A stretch of 64,000 nt of DNA from Octopus vulgaris (GCA_951406725.2 OX597823.1:32302001-32366000), one strand, 5' to 3'; positions 1 to 12,136 are shown, counted from the first letter of the stretch. Numbers and translations are program-made. The notes: a model not told the origin generated them from the sequence alone.

Positions 1-349
1 TTTAGTCAAACAAATCAACCTCAGAACTTCCTTGTAAGCCTAGTACTTATTCTATCAGTCTCTTTTGTCGAACTGCTAGGTTACTGGGACATAAACGCAC
101 CAACATCGGTTGTCAAGCGATGGTGGGAGACAAACACAGACACACAAATATATACATATATACATGTATGTATATATATATATATATATACACGATGGGT
201 TCTTTCAGTTTCCTTCTACCAAATCCACTCACAAGGCTTTGGTTGACCCGAGGCTATAGTAGAAGACACTTGCCCAAGGTCCCACGAAGTGGGACTGAAC
301 CTAGAACTATGTGGTTGGGAAGCAAGTTTCTTACCACACGTCTGTGCCT
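1..349 (-). mobile_element. tRNA-derived CORE-like SINE, family A (truncated by window edge)
   Basis: Reverse complement matches the full copy at 29958-30375, including the CORE-like CCTTGGGCAAGTGTCTT and an internal (CA)/(TA) microsatellite. Confidence 0.9.
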
Positions 350-366
350 ATGTATATATATATATA

Positions 367-534
367 CCACTACACTCTTGGAGTGGTTGGCGTTAAGGAG
401 GGCATCCAACTGTAGAAACATTGCCAGATCAGATTGGAGCCTGGTGCAGCTGCTGGCTCTCCAGGCCTAAATCAAACCGTTCAACCCATGCCAGCATGGA
501 AACGGATGTTAAATGATGATGATGATGAAGATGA
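367..534 (+). mobile_element. SINE/LINE 3' tail, family C, ending in (GAT)n
   Basis: Matches 24520-24688 (cactacactc..ggagtggttggc..cccatgctagcatggaaa..gttaaatgatgatgat). Confidence 0.8.
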
Positions 535-750
535 TATATATATATATATATGGTGCTTTATTTTGATTATATTTATATATAAATCAAAATAAAGAAAATG
601 TTATACCTACATCATAGTTACATCAGAGTTACAACTATGATGTTGTAGGTACAACATGTTCTTTGTCTATCTCCTTAACTTATTGGAGATCTTAGGTAAA
701 ATTATATTAATGTGTCCCTCTGTTCTAATTTAATTACATTCTATGTCTTT

Positions 751-844
751 GTGCAGCTGAAGATTGCTCTACATTTTAAATTGATGTAATGAAATGATTG
801 CATTGTTCAATTAAATGGAGTCGCATGAAACGATCGTACTGTAT
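751..844 (+). ncRNA. Type I hammerhead ribozyme motif with long stem II, inside a PLE-like insert (about 551-966) flanked by (TA)n
   Basis: GTGCAG-CTGAAGA-(long hairpin)-GAAA-CGATCG-TA-CTGTAT. Stem I is GTGCAG/CTGTAT; stem III is palindromic. Confidence 0.7.
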
Positions 845-962
845 TACCTCTGGATATCCTTGTTGCTTATTTTGATTTTAATCACCTTATTTTAAAATCG
901 TATGGATAATACCATACTAAATTCTGGTGCCTCTATTTAAGTACCATATTCATCTGAATCTA

Positions 963-1232
<270 letters not shown>

Positions 1233-1753
1233 ATGATCTCAGAAACAGATACATATATCCCGTTAGTTCCTTCAGAAGAATGTGTGAACTAATGAGACCT
1301 CAAGAGGATTGGTATTTCCCTATATTGATAAGGGTAGGACTTGAAATTCCTCACAAAATCATAACAGAAAAATACATTCAGAATGAAGTTCCAGAAACTA
1401 TACATGTGTGTGTGTGTGTGTGTTAATATTGCCCTTACTGACTTTAATCTTCACAACTCTCCTTGCCCCTCACATTCCTCCCATACCAATACTGTTGGCA
1501 ATAGATTCTTTCATAATCCTAAACTCCCTAAAACTGTAATCACTTCCCCATATCCATGACCAACATAACACACACTTCATATTTTCTACCCACAACCCCA
1601 GATTTTTGTAAACTACCACTATTCCAACATGTATCGGGTTACCTCATCATTGACTAACCAAGACCACACACTAGATATTCATTCATAATCTCCATAATTG
1701 TACTGGAATTTTACACTAAATATTTCTACCAGAAAATTTACCTCAAGCCTGAC

Positions 1754-1905
1754 CAGGGCCAATTCAAGGTACCAATAACTCGGGCAGATGTCTGTGGTGC
1801 TATGTGCTAGGGGGCACCAAGTAGGGCATGACAAAAACAAGGAAATTGTTGGAAATGTTGAAGCTCAGCTTGCCTGGGGCGCTAGCAATCCTAGGGCCAG
1901 CCCTG
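1754..1905. mobile_element. hAT-type MITE
   Basis: Ends CAGGGC.../...GCCCTG; 8-bp TSD AGCCTGAC/AGCCTGGC. Confidence 0.75.
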
Positions 1906-2422
1906 AGCCTGGCACACCTGAAACAGCTAAGTAACTAGAAAGATCTTCTAAAGCATGTCACTTCATATCCCTTACACAAAACTCACAAATTTATGCCCAA
2001 AGTAGTTAACATGCAGTGAAGTTGAAGAATATGGCCTATAGCACCTAGGTAGATATCATCCAGCTTTACCAACTGAGTGGTATAACCCACAACTGCAACT
2101 TCTACCTGGCTCCTACCGTTTTAAATGTAAATATTGTGTTTATACATCACATATCTGCAAGTTCTCTCATCTCTGAAATTTGGCTCCTTGCCAACAGGAT
2201 ATCTCAACCAACTTCATAGAATCCACATAGCACCACTCCTTAACCAAGACATTACCAGACTTACAGAATATTAAATAAGACACCACTAAATTTTTCTAGA
2301 AGACTTTTTAGAACTTTACTTCACTGTATTTAGATATAAACCAACAATAAAAATGGCCATGAAGTCAATGGCCAATGGTTAGGACTGATTCTGGGTAAGT
2401 TAAATTTTGGTACCCCAGATAT

Positions 2423-2632
2423 TCTTTTAGTCTTTTACTTGTTTCAGTCATTTGACTGCAGCCATGCTGGAGCACTGCCTTTAGTTGAACAAATCAACTG
2501 TAGCACTTATTCTTTGTAAGCCTAGTACTTATTCTATTGGTCTCTTTTGCCAAACCGCTAGGTTATAGGGATGTAAACACACCAACATCGGTTGTCAAGT
2601 GATGGTCAAGGGACAAACACAGATGCACATAC

Positions 2633-2636
<4 letters not shown>
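2423..2636 (-). mobile_element. SINE family A, 3' half
   Basis: gtttcagtcatttgactgcagccatgctggagc...aagcctagtacttattct matches the other copies. Confidence 0.88.
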
Positions 2637-2683
<47 letters not shown>

Positions 2684-2684
<1 letters not shown>

Positions 2685-2868
2685 GGAAAAATCACGGTCA
2701 TTTCTTCATACACTAAATATATAAACTTCAAATTTCCGCACTAAGGCACGGGTTTGAGACCCCATGGTCGTAACCTCAACCGTGATTTTTCTGTTGTGAT
2801 TTTTGCTACCCAGGTATCGGTTATCTTTTGAATAATCCATAACAAGATAATTCATTTATCCATTTCAA
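2684..2868. repeat. Interspersed repeat in (TA)n, second copy at about 47560-47705
   Basis: Shared ccgcac..aaccgtg..tgatttttgctacccaggtatcggtta..cttttgaataatc; short inverted ends gaaaaatcacggt/accgtgatttttc. Confidence 0.75.
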
Positions 2869-2904
2869 TATATATATATAGGAGAACAAAGTGTACGTTC
2901 GCTG

Positions 2905-3754
2905 TAATCAGCCAAAATTGCGAGGATGATCTGGTTCGTGACTGAAGATAAAAGGCTTTAAATGACCCATCTGTGTTTTTTTCGTATTGTATATCTGGAT
3001 GTTTTGTTGTCCCGTTTTGCGTTATTGTCCCATTTTGTATTTTATTTTATATATATATATATATATAGCGGTGTATGTACACTTTGCTCTTTTATATGTA
3101 AGTACACATTTCACTAAATCTTGTACAACTTTTTCCAATCTTTCTCCCCACTCTCTCACATTTCTTTACCTTTCTTAATTTGCCCTTCACTATGTCCCTG
3201 TCTCTCTTTTTTTCTCCCCACTTGATTCTTCAGTCTATCTACTTCTTCTATACACTCTCTCTCACTCTCTCTCTCTGTCTTTTCTCCCCTCCTTAATTCC
3301 TTTGTTCCCTTTTTCTCTCTCTTCTTACATGACCGTTGGCCAACTGCTAGCCCTTTTGCATTTGATTGTGGTCACTGCCACGTCGATATTCTTCCCTCTG
3401 CCTAAGGCTTAATTTCTATACATGCCAGCTGAATTCAATTCATTCTCAGTCGAAAGACACCTGTTGTTATTATTATTATTATTGTTTTTTTATTGTATTT
3501 TGTATTCATATTCACGTAACATCGTCTGTTTTTCCGTCCTTGTTTCGTATACATTCGTTGCTTTTTTCCAAGGAATCTAATGCTCTTAGCTTAGTTTTTT
3601 CCTTGGGGCTGGCCAGATTGGAGCAATCTCAAGATTAATCAGCCGAAATTGCGATGATGATCCGGTTCTTGACTGAAGATAAAAAGCTTCGAATGACCTG
3701 TCCGTGTTTTTTTTGTATCGTCTATCTGGATGTTTTGTTGTCCTGTTTTGCCTT

Positions 3755-3756
<2 letters not shown>
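2905..3756. repeat. Interspersed repeat with two direct copies of a ~130-bp segment (2905-3040, 3636-3756); inverted copy at 39560-39651
   Basis: taatcagccgaaattgcga.gatgatc.ggttc.tgactga.ga is shared by all three copies; pseudo-LTR-like arrangement between (TA)n tracts. Confidence 0.7.
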
Positions 3757-3844
<88 letters not shown>

Positions 3845-3850
<6 letters not shown>

Positions 3851-3920
3851 ACCTGAAGATTGACTGTAACCATAACTCGAATTATTACGAATTGTACAGC
3901 CATGAAACGATCGTAGTGTT
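3845..3920 (+). ncRNA. Type I hammerhead ribozyme motif at the start of an insert (about 3845-4150) flanked by (TA)n
   Basis: AC-CTGAAGA-TTGACTGTA...TACAGCCAT-GAAA-CGATCG-TA-GT. Shares the CTGAAGATTG..CATGAAACGATCGTA signature with 751-844. Confidence 0.6.
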
Positions 3921-4148
3921 TTACTCTTTATCTTTTATTAAACTTTTAATACTTTTGATATATATTTAAAATAATATAAATTAATTAATTTTATGTATTG
4001 GCTTATGTTTTTCATTGTTTGATTTGCCTAATAGTGCTTTTATCTCTAATTTAATATAATATAATATAATATATTTTACTATAAAATTGGATTTAATCCT
4101 AAATCTGATTTTTCCCTGTAAGTTTGGATTTATTCCCTAATATTTTAT

Positions 4149-4193
<45 letters not shown>

Positions 4194-4206
4194 GTCTATA
4201 TATATA

Positions 4207-4352
4207 TGACGGGCTTCTTTCAGTATCCATCTACCAAATCCACTCCCAAGGCTTTGGTCGGCCTGATGCTATAGTAGAAGACACTTGCTTAAGAAGCCAC
4301 GCAGTTGGACTGACCCCAGAACCATGTGTTTGGTAAGCAAGCCACTTACCAC
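4207..4352 (-). mobile_element. SINE family A, 5' half
   Basis: gggcttctttcagt..ctaccaaatccactc..aaggctttggt..gctatagtagaagacacttgc. Confidence 0.85.
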
Positions 4353-4411
4353 ACAAAGTGATTGGTTCAAACAAAGTATCAAAGTTTGAAATCCTTTAGG
4401 AGAAAGACAAC

Positions 4412-4620
4412 AGGCTGGCAGACATATTAGTATGTTGGGCAAAATGTTTAGTGGAATTTCTTCCAGTTCTTTCCATTCTGAATTCAAATCCTGCTCAGTT
4501 CAACTTTACTTCTCATCCTTTGGCATCAATAAAATAAAATGCCAATCCAGTACTGAGGTTGATGTACTCAGCTTACCCTCTACCCTGATAATCACTGGCC
4601 TTGTGCCAAAATTAGAAAGC
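4412..4620 (+). mobile_element. tRNA-derived SINE, family B (diverged)
   Basis: ggctggcaga..ttctgaattcaaatcc..gtcaacttt..catcctttgg..tggccttgtgccaaaatt; homologous to 54128-54525. Confidence 0.75.
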
Positions 4621-5087
4621 ATAATATTAAATAAGAGGTAGAGAGAGAGAGAGAGAGAGAGAGAGATAGCATTTTTATATTATTGACAATGATCTCAACA
4701 CAATTGAGTGAAGAATGGTTGCATGATAGAGAATCTAAAGTGTCCTGTTGATTTCCTGTAGATGCAATAAATAAAAGATGAACAAAAAAAAGAGAAAAAA
4801 AAGAAAAGAAAAAGAAGCATGTCCTGAGAAACATATTATCCTAATCAAAACATTTTTCTGAACTAGATCTGCAAATGTTTTCATAAAATTTCCTATCTCT
4901 GTTTTCAACAATATCATTTCCTGTTGACAAAATTACCAAAGAATTTAATCTGGTTTTGTATTTAGAAGATTCCAAACACACGACATGGTGTCCCTGAGCA
5001 TGTAGCTCCTCAAGCTACTGTCCCACTTGCTGGTTTATTCATTGAACCCTGCTGATTGCTGACCTATAATAATAGATACAGTCAAAC

Positions 5088-5598
5088 CAGGGCACCAAAC
5101 GGTTAATCCATTAATTGTTAATTAACAAAGTTAACATTTTTGTTAATGATTTAACTTTTAAGTTAAGTTTGGAAATCATTTTCAGATTAATTAACTTCCC
5201 TTACATTTAACTTTTTTTACATAAACTTGAGTTAACTTCTGTTAACTTCAGTTCAATTGAAGTTAACAGATTTTATAGTTTTGGCACTTTTAAAGCAAAA
5301 TTTGGCACTTTAGAGCAAAAATTAATTTTTTTGTTTTTTTTTCTATAATAAAAATTAACATTAACAGTTTATTGGTAACTTACATTACATTTTTAAAGAA
5401 TTAACTGATTAATGGTTATCAAAGTTAACTTTTTGGTTAGCGGATTAATAGTTAACAACATTAACTTTTTGGTTAATGGATTAACAGTTCACAAAAGTTT
5501 ACTTTTGGGTTAACGGATTAACGGTTATCAAAGTTAACTTTTTGGTCAATGGATTAATGGTTAACAAAGTTAACTTTTCAATTAATGGTGCCTACCAT
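5088..5598. repeat. GTTAAC-rich element with 36-bp tandem subterminal repeats (probable non-autonomous DNA transposon)
   Basis: About 5 units of ggttaacggattaacggttatcaaagttaacttttt at 5410-5580; ends ggcacc..ttaa/ttaatggtgcc. Confidence 0.6.
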
Positions 5599-5850
5599 TG
5601 GATGCAGTGGAGTTGTATCAGTGACCAGGTGAAAGAAGAGTGACAAAACTTTTTTATTAGATCAAAGTAGACAGTTACTATAAAACAATGAACCGAGAAT
5701 AAACAGGATAGTTTTTGTGTCCAGAAATGGCTTTCAATGCCTCTTTGTAATTGTCTCAGTTTCAACAAATGACCTCTGATCAATTCATTTCCCAAACAAG
5801 AACAACACTTAAAATAATTCTGTAAGTTTTTCTTTTAACAACATTGGCCA

Positions 5851-5945
5851 TACATTATTTACATTTGACGGATATTTGTACTCATCTCATTTGTTGTTAA
5901 CACATTTCAGCTGATATACCCTCCAGCCTTCATCAGGTGTCTTGG
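5851..5945 (-). mobile_element. Inverted copy of the HHR-bearing tail of the adjacent SINE (PLE-style inverted pLTR)
   Basis: Reverse complement of about 6590-6684; contains GACAC-CTGATGA-AGGCTG..CAGCT-GAAA. Confidence 0.8.
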
Positions 5946-5964
5946 TCCATGGGTATCAGCCCAC

Positions 5965-6477
5965 GGGCATATGGCATAGAGGTTAAGAGCGTGGGCTACC
6001 AATCCCAAGATTCTAAGTTCGATTCCAAGCAGTGACCTGAATAATAATAACAATGATAATAATAATAATAATAACAATAATAATAGTCAAGATAAAGAGC
6101 ATGATTCGATTGTAAGATATTTTATTAGTTGAACGATATTTCAACAGTACATCTGTCTTTGTCAAGTTCAAAATAAGAAGTGATAAAAGTTTAAAATTAC
6201 AGAAATTTAAACGTAAAGTATGAATGAGAGCAACCAGCATCCAGTAACTTAAAAACTGATGATGTCATTCCATCAATGTGTGGACGCTGGTTGCTTTCAT
6301 TTATACTTTACATTTAAATTTCTGTAATTTTGAATATTTATCACTTCTTATTTTGAACTTGACAAAGACAGATGTACTGTTGACATATCGTTCAACTTAT
6401 AAAATATCTTACAATCGAATCGCGCCCTTCATCTTGACTGTTTACCTTTATGAAGAGTTAAGTCAATCCTTTTTAAA

Positions 6478-6537
<60 letters not shown>

Positions 6538-6713
6538 CAACAACATTGAAAAATACATTAGGAATGAGAACCCAGTTTCAAAATTTCTTCAAGACACTTG
6601 ATAAAGGCTGGAGAGTATATCAGCTGAAACGTGTTAACAACAAACGAGATGAGGACAAATATCCGTCAAATGTAAATAATGTACATAATTCTCATCTCTT
6701 AGATATAGAACTG
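5965..6713 (+). mobile_element. SINE with tRNA-like head, (AAT)n linker and hammerhead-containing tail (interrupted by a fold-back element)
   Basis: A box TGGCATAGAGG at 5972-5982, B box GTTCGATTCC at 6017-6026, degenerate HHR at 6593-6635; colinear with the copy at 20000-20295. Confidence 0.8.
6083..6441. repeat. Fold-back element (~160-bp inverted arms, ~37-nt loop) nested in the (AAT)n linker
   Basis: Arms at about 6083-6243 and 6281-6441 are reverse complements; the ORF track shows near-identical peptides on opposite strands. Confidence 0.9.
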
Positions 6714-6797
6714 AACATTGACCATGCTCATGTTTAATCTTCAATCTAAAAAGTACTTTGACCCACCACTTATCTTTCTGTCATAAAAGGCCAGTTG

Positions 6798-7027
6798 GGT
6801 ACTAGAACAAAATTTCTCCGAGGACAAAATCCCTTCTGGACAAAATCCACCCCCAGACAAAATGCCCCCAGAATCTTGTTCTTTCTTTACAATAAAAATG
6901 TTTTAGGGAAGTGAAATTTTATGAAAAAATTTTGAATGTTATTAGTTGATATTTTTGTGTAAAATTTATCCCTGGGGGATTTTGTCCTTGGGAGATTTTG
7001 TCTTCAGTGGGATTTTGTCCTGATACC
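6798..7027. mobile_element. Mutator-like MITE with GGACAAAATCC subterminal repeats
   Basis: 3-4 GACAAAAT motifs on the left mirrored by 3 ATTTTGTC on the right; GGTA../..TACC ends; 10-bp TSD AGGCCAGTTG/AGGTTAGTTG. Confidence 0.7.
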
Positions 7028-7983
7028 AGGTTAGTTGTATGTAACTCTGTTAAGAACTACTACACACAGGATGCTAAATGCACATCCACAATGTCAAAAA
7101 ATGTCACCAATGATGTGTACACTGAATTTTTCTTGTTGAAACCAAATCTTTAAAAACTTTACATTGGCCAGTAAATTTGTGATTGAGAAGTTTGTTTCCC
7201 AGTTACATGGTTTCCCAGTGACATGGTTTCAGGCAAATATCTTCTATAGACCTGGATCAATAAAAAAAAAAGCCTTTGTGAGTGGATTTCATAGATGGAA
7301 ACTGAAAGAAGCCCATCATATGCACGAGTGTATGCATTTATATGTGCATACGTGTATTTGTGTGAGTGAGTTCATATTTCTCTCTTGTTTGCTGATCATA
7401 AACAACGGCTTCCTGAAGATGTTACTTGTTTCCAGTTCTCCGCATAAAACACATGGATGTATGTCATTCGGCCGACTGAGGCAGGGGGAATTATTACATC
7501 TTCTAAGAACAAGTGAGGCTGACAACAGGAAGAGCATCCAGCTGTAAAGAAAAACTCTGTTCTAACATACTCTTGCCTGACCCATGCAAGCATAGAAAAG
7601 TAGATGTTAAAATGGTGACGATGTGGATATGTTTTATTAAATTTGCTTCACTCTTATAACATATTTTTTCTCTCTCTCTCGTCATCATAGTAGTAGTGGT
7701 GGTGGTGCTGGTGGTGGTGGTGGTGCTGGTGGCACTGGTGGCAGCGGCGGCAGCAGCAGCAGCAGTAGTAGTAATAGTAGTACAAACTGGGCAGGCTCCG
7801 AACATCAACCTAATTAACTTTTAACCAATGAAATATTTTCTTTTAGTTATTTATATATTTATATTTTATCTTATTTCATTAGCTTGTTTTTTTTATTGTT
7901 TTTGTTTTTGGTTTTTGATGAATTCTCATCAATCTTCATTAATCATTTATCACCAAATCATGGTCAACAATGATTACCATACT

Positions 7984-8014
<31 letters not shown>

Positions 8015-8225
8015 GCGTATGTTTGTGTTTGCATATATTCAACCACACATACACACACAGAGTTTTATTGGAGCTGGAAAGCTTCTCAAATCATTATTCG
8101 GAGTATTATGTAGCAGATCATCATCATTATCTTTCTGAGGGATTTGTTACCTCAAAACTCTGAGTAATAGTAGGTGAAGTTTTTCAACATCAGTAAAACA
8201 CTATATTTTACCCTGTCTTAGGTAT

Positions 8226-8520
8226 ATCATCATCATCATCATTGTTTAATGTCTACCTACCATACTGGCATGGGTGGGACAGTTTGACAGGAATTAGCCA
8301 GGTAGAAGCTTGCACCAGACTTCTGTGACTGTTTTTGGCAGGATTTTTACCGCTGGATGCCCTTCAGCAGAGTAGACTTAGTGTTTTTACATGGCAGAAG
8401 CACAGGTGAGGTCAGTTTTGGCAAGGTTTTTACACCTGGATGCCCTTCCTAACACCAAGAGTGGGCTTAGTGGTTTTTAAATGATACCTGCATTGACAGG
8501 GTTACCAAGTACCTTGTACG
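8226..8520 (-). mobile_element. Family C element (diverged) with internal direct duplication
   Basis: (CAT)n-gtttaatgtc..catactggcatgggt; the segment ttttggca.g.tttttac..ctggatgcccttc occurs twice. Confidence 0.6.
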
Positions 8521-10728
8521 ACAAATATATATATGTACACACATACGTATATGTGTGTGTATACACATCTGTGTGTGTGTCTTAGTGTATCTTTGCATTC
8601 AAAGTGGTGATGGTAAACATAAAAAAACATAAATTAAAGGGTCTGCAGTGGTTTGATGTGCAAAGGTGTAGAATAAAGTACCTCACTTGAAAATAAGTAA
8701 GTGTTGGCTCCAGAAAAAAACCTGTAGTCATAAAAATCTCAGCCAACCCATGACAGCACAGGAAGAACAGATATAAACGCAATGATGGTGATAGACATTT
8801 GCTATAACTGGGTTTTTTTTCAAGGTTTTGTCTTTCACATCAGGCATGCATGCATATGTGTGTGTTTTCATAACCTACAAATCTGGTTCTCCAGCTGAGG
8901 GTGTTGTTAAATTATTCTTATGTCTCTGATCTATTTAAATATCACATCCCTTGAGGGACAAATGTATGACTTCTTAACCAAAGTACATGAGTTCAAATTT
9001 ATCCTGGTTCCACATCACATTACTTTGTATGACCCACTAAACTACAGCTTGGAGATCAAACTGTAATTTCAATGTACATTTTCCCTTCTTTGAGAATGCT
9101 CTGGGGTTTAAACTACCCATAAAAGTTTTGTTGATGTGTTTTATAATTTTTTTTTTTCATTTCTGTAGATCTATTAAAATTTAATTCACATTATAGGAAT
9201 CAACCTTGGGATTTGAATGGTACTTTATTTCATCAACACCAGAAGAATAAAAGACAAATGACCTTAACAGGTTTTAGTCTTACAATATAAAAGGCCATAA
9301 CTAAATACCCTAGACATTTTTTATGTTCTAATCTGTCATTTTATATAGAAAATGAAAAAGAGTTGGCTTTGCATTATATGTTGTAGCACACTGATAACTT
9401 CAGAGCATTTCAATGAAGACAATATGTTGAGTTCTTTCAACCAGAAACATTTTAATTAATTCAGAAATTTTCCATGCACCTCAATGTTGGATTATACTTT
9501 CAACACAATATTCGGTTTAAACCTATGATGATCTTACTGTCATCAAGACTGCTCAACACACACATGTGCATTTTGAAGACTAGGATAACATGAGAAAGGA
9601 AATTAAATAATTCCAAACTTTAGTTAGTGGAAGTATTTGTCAGTGCAGGTACTTTTTAAGGAGTTTATCAGAACTTACATGTGAGTTATGTTTTTTATTT
9701 TATTATAACTGTGATGCCCTGTGGATGAAAAGTTATGCCGGGAATAATATATTTGGTGCTGCCATCAGAGTAAGATCACTGTAGAATATCACTCCTGAGT
9801 TCTGTAGCACCAGCATAGATATTATCTAAATCTAAAAAGTGGTCCAGTGGGTGAGATAGTAAACCTAACTTTGTTTGTGAAGGGACGGAAACCTCAGTGG
9901 ATAAATTTCATTTTCTCAACAAGTCGCAGTTCTTTTCAGCATCTAAGATATTTAACATCAGTGATTCCCAACCATTATCGCCAAACACTTACAACATCCC
10001 CAACTTTTATATTCTTATCTAATACAGGTAAGGGCCATGGCTGAATTTAAAATTAATGTATAACACACTAAATCTTAATTGCTTTTTGTATCATCCTAGG
10101 GATGCAGTACAGACCATTTAGGAAACCACTGTTTTACATAATATTCTTGAGCCAACAAGCAAGTCTGAGCTAACTAGAGAGCCTTCTCTTGAACCAAACA
10201 GAGGGGATTCATGAATCAAAGAGACAATGGGTCTTAAGCTAAAACATGGAGGAATCTTGAACCAACAAAAGAGCAGCTACGTGGTCCTTTGGTCTGCTAG
10301 AAATAGTAATCAAATCTCTCTCAAATCACACCTATCAACTTAAATATACTATTTCTCAATAAATGACAATGTGGTCATGTTGGATCAGAGCTAATTTAAA
10401 GCTATACAAAGAACAATCACTATGTCTTCGGACACCCTCCATGTTACTATGATGTCCAGTAAAAGTACCAGGGTGGGGGTGAGGAAGCTATGTAGGTGTT
10501 ATTGCTCCCCAGTTTGGTTTTGTACAAGTTACAGGTCCATATGGTCAAAAGGCTGTGTGAAGGTGGCAATAGAGTTTAGTGTGGTTTGATAGAGAGATTA
10601 TCTCTAAAGAGACATCATAGACACACCTCTGCAAGTTGTTGAATATCGGATTCAAAATGATTTTACTATATCTCATTGAATCAATAACAAACTGTGTGAA
10701 GAAAAATCCCTCTGATAAGATCAATTAA

Positions 10729-10950
10729 CCCTTTTGTTACTGTATTTATTTTGAGATACTCTGTATTTCTTTCAATTACTTTAAATATAACAAAGAATTT
10801 AGTAAAATAACACATAGTTATCATTCAGCTAGTATTAGGAACATAAATTGTGACAAAGGTTTGGTGGAAGATTTTAGTTCAAAACTTTTGAAAACAAGAC
10901 ATTTGTACTCAGAACCAGAACTGGTTTCAGCCAGGTTGGTAACGAAAGGG
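10729..10950. mobile_element. piggyBac-like MITE
   Basis: TTAA-CCCTTTTGTTAC ... GTAACGAAAGGG-TTGA (TIR with TTAA-type TSD). Confidence 0.75.
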
Positions 10951-10969
10951 TTGATGTTCTCAAGCATAT

Positions 10970-11150
10970 GTTGTTTGACTCTAGGCCAACCCTGATCAGG
11001 AGAACAGTGAATAATGGCATTCCAGCGATGTCCATCTTTTCTAAGTAAGACCATATTTTTTGATGTGCCCTTTCATTATTTAAGATGTTAGTGTGTAGTT
11101 TGAGAGATATTTAGCTACTATTTCCAGTAGACTGTATGACCATATAGAAG
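10970..11150 (+). repeat. Old dispersed repeat, family E (also about 10270-10410, 13135-13280, 16500-16685, 17320-17490, 17840-18040, 18180-18340, 54720-54870, 56630-56820)
   Basis: Recurring motifs ttgtttagcccc.ggtcag..ctga, gcattccagc.atgaccatcc and gagatttggctgctatttc.agcagg. Confidence 0.65.
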
Positions 11151-11243
11151 TGAATTATGTTATAAGTACTCTAGGTGGCATAGAAGGAAACTTGAGTATC
11201 ATAACAAGATTGAAACAGGCTTATAGTCATACCATACAGCATC

Positions 11244-11464
11244 TCTCTCTCTCTCTCACACACACACACAGATGCACACAAACACACACACACAGATGCA
11301 CACAAACACACACACACATAAACATGCATGCACATACACAGACACACACAAAAACACATACACACACAAACACACACATACACAGACACACACAAAAACA
11401 CATACACACACACACACACACACATACACACACACACACACACACAAAAACACATACACACACA

Positions 11465-11502
<38 letters not shown>
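11244..11502. repeat. (CT)n/(CA)n compound microsatellite
   Basis: Seen directly. Confidence 0.95.
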
Positions 11503-11504
<2 letters not shown>

Positions 11505-11819
11505 GATAAGTGGGATGAAGGTGAGGGTTAAGAGAAAGAAGCAGTACAAGGTAGGAATACCAAATATGGTGTGTGTGTGTGTGTGTGTGTGTTTGTATGT
11601 CATGTTGAGGGTAGAGAAAGGAATTAGCAGTGACATCCGATCAAGCAAGACTTGATCCAACTGCCTGGAAGACAGCAACAACAGCAACAACATGGACCAA
11701 TAACAAGTAGATAAGAGAAAATAAACAGTGACTGTTCATCTAAAGGGACCAAGTGGTTTTCACACAGACAGGTATCAATTACTACTGCTCCTCCCACTTC
11801 ATTTTGCAGACTACAAAAA

Positions 11820-11973
11820 TCCTTTCTTCCTTCTTTTTCTTCTTCCTTCTTCTCTTTTCCTTTCTTTCTTTCTTTTCTTTTTTACTTCTTTTCTTAGTTT
11901 CTTTCTGTTCACTCACATCTTACACTGTTTTCTTATACTTTTACTTTCTCCTCTTGTTCCCTCCCTCCCTCCA

Positions 11974-12010
<37 letters not shown>

Positions 12011-12105
12011 CTCTCACCCTCTCTCTTTCGTTTTCTCCCTCTCTCCCCTCTCTCTTTCTCCCTCTCCCCCACTCTTTCTCTCCCTCTTCCCACTCTCTCT
12101 TTCTT

Positions 12106-12136
<31 letters not shown>

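Noticed and set aside
2742-2760. TAAGGCACG, the miR-124 5' end
   Set aside because: The match stops after 9 nt, lies in an interspersed repeat and has no proper precursor hairpin.
3670-3705. CTGAAGA/CTGATGA...GAA(T/A) in the repeat at 2942, 3673 and 39595-39620 as a hammerhead
   Set aside because: I could not form convincing stems I and II, so it is not called, although the family may be PLE-derived.
5965-6040. tRNA gene
   Set aside because: A and B boxes are present but there is no clean cloverleaf or acceptor stem; it is a SINE head repeated at 20221-20295.
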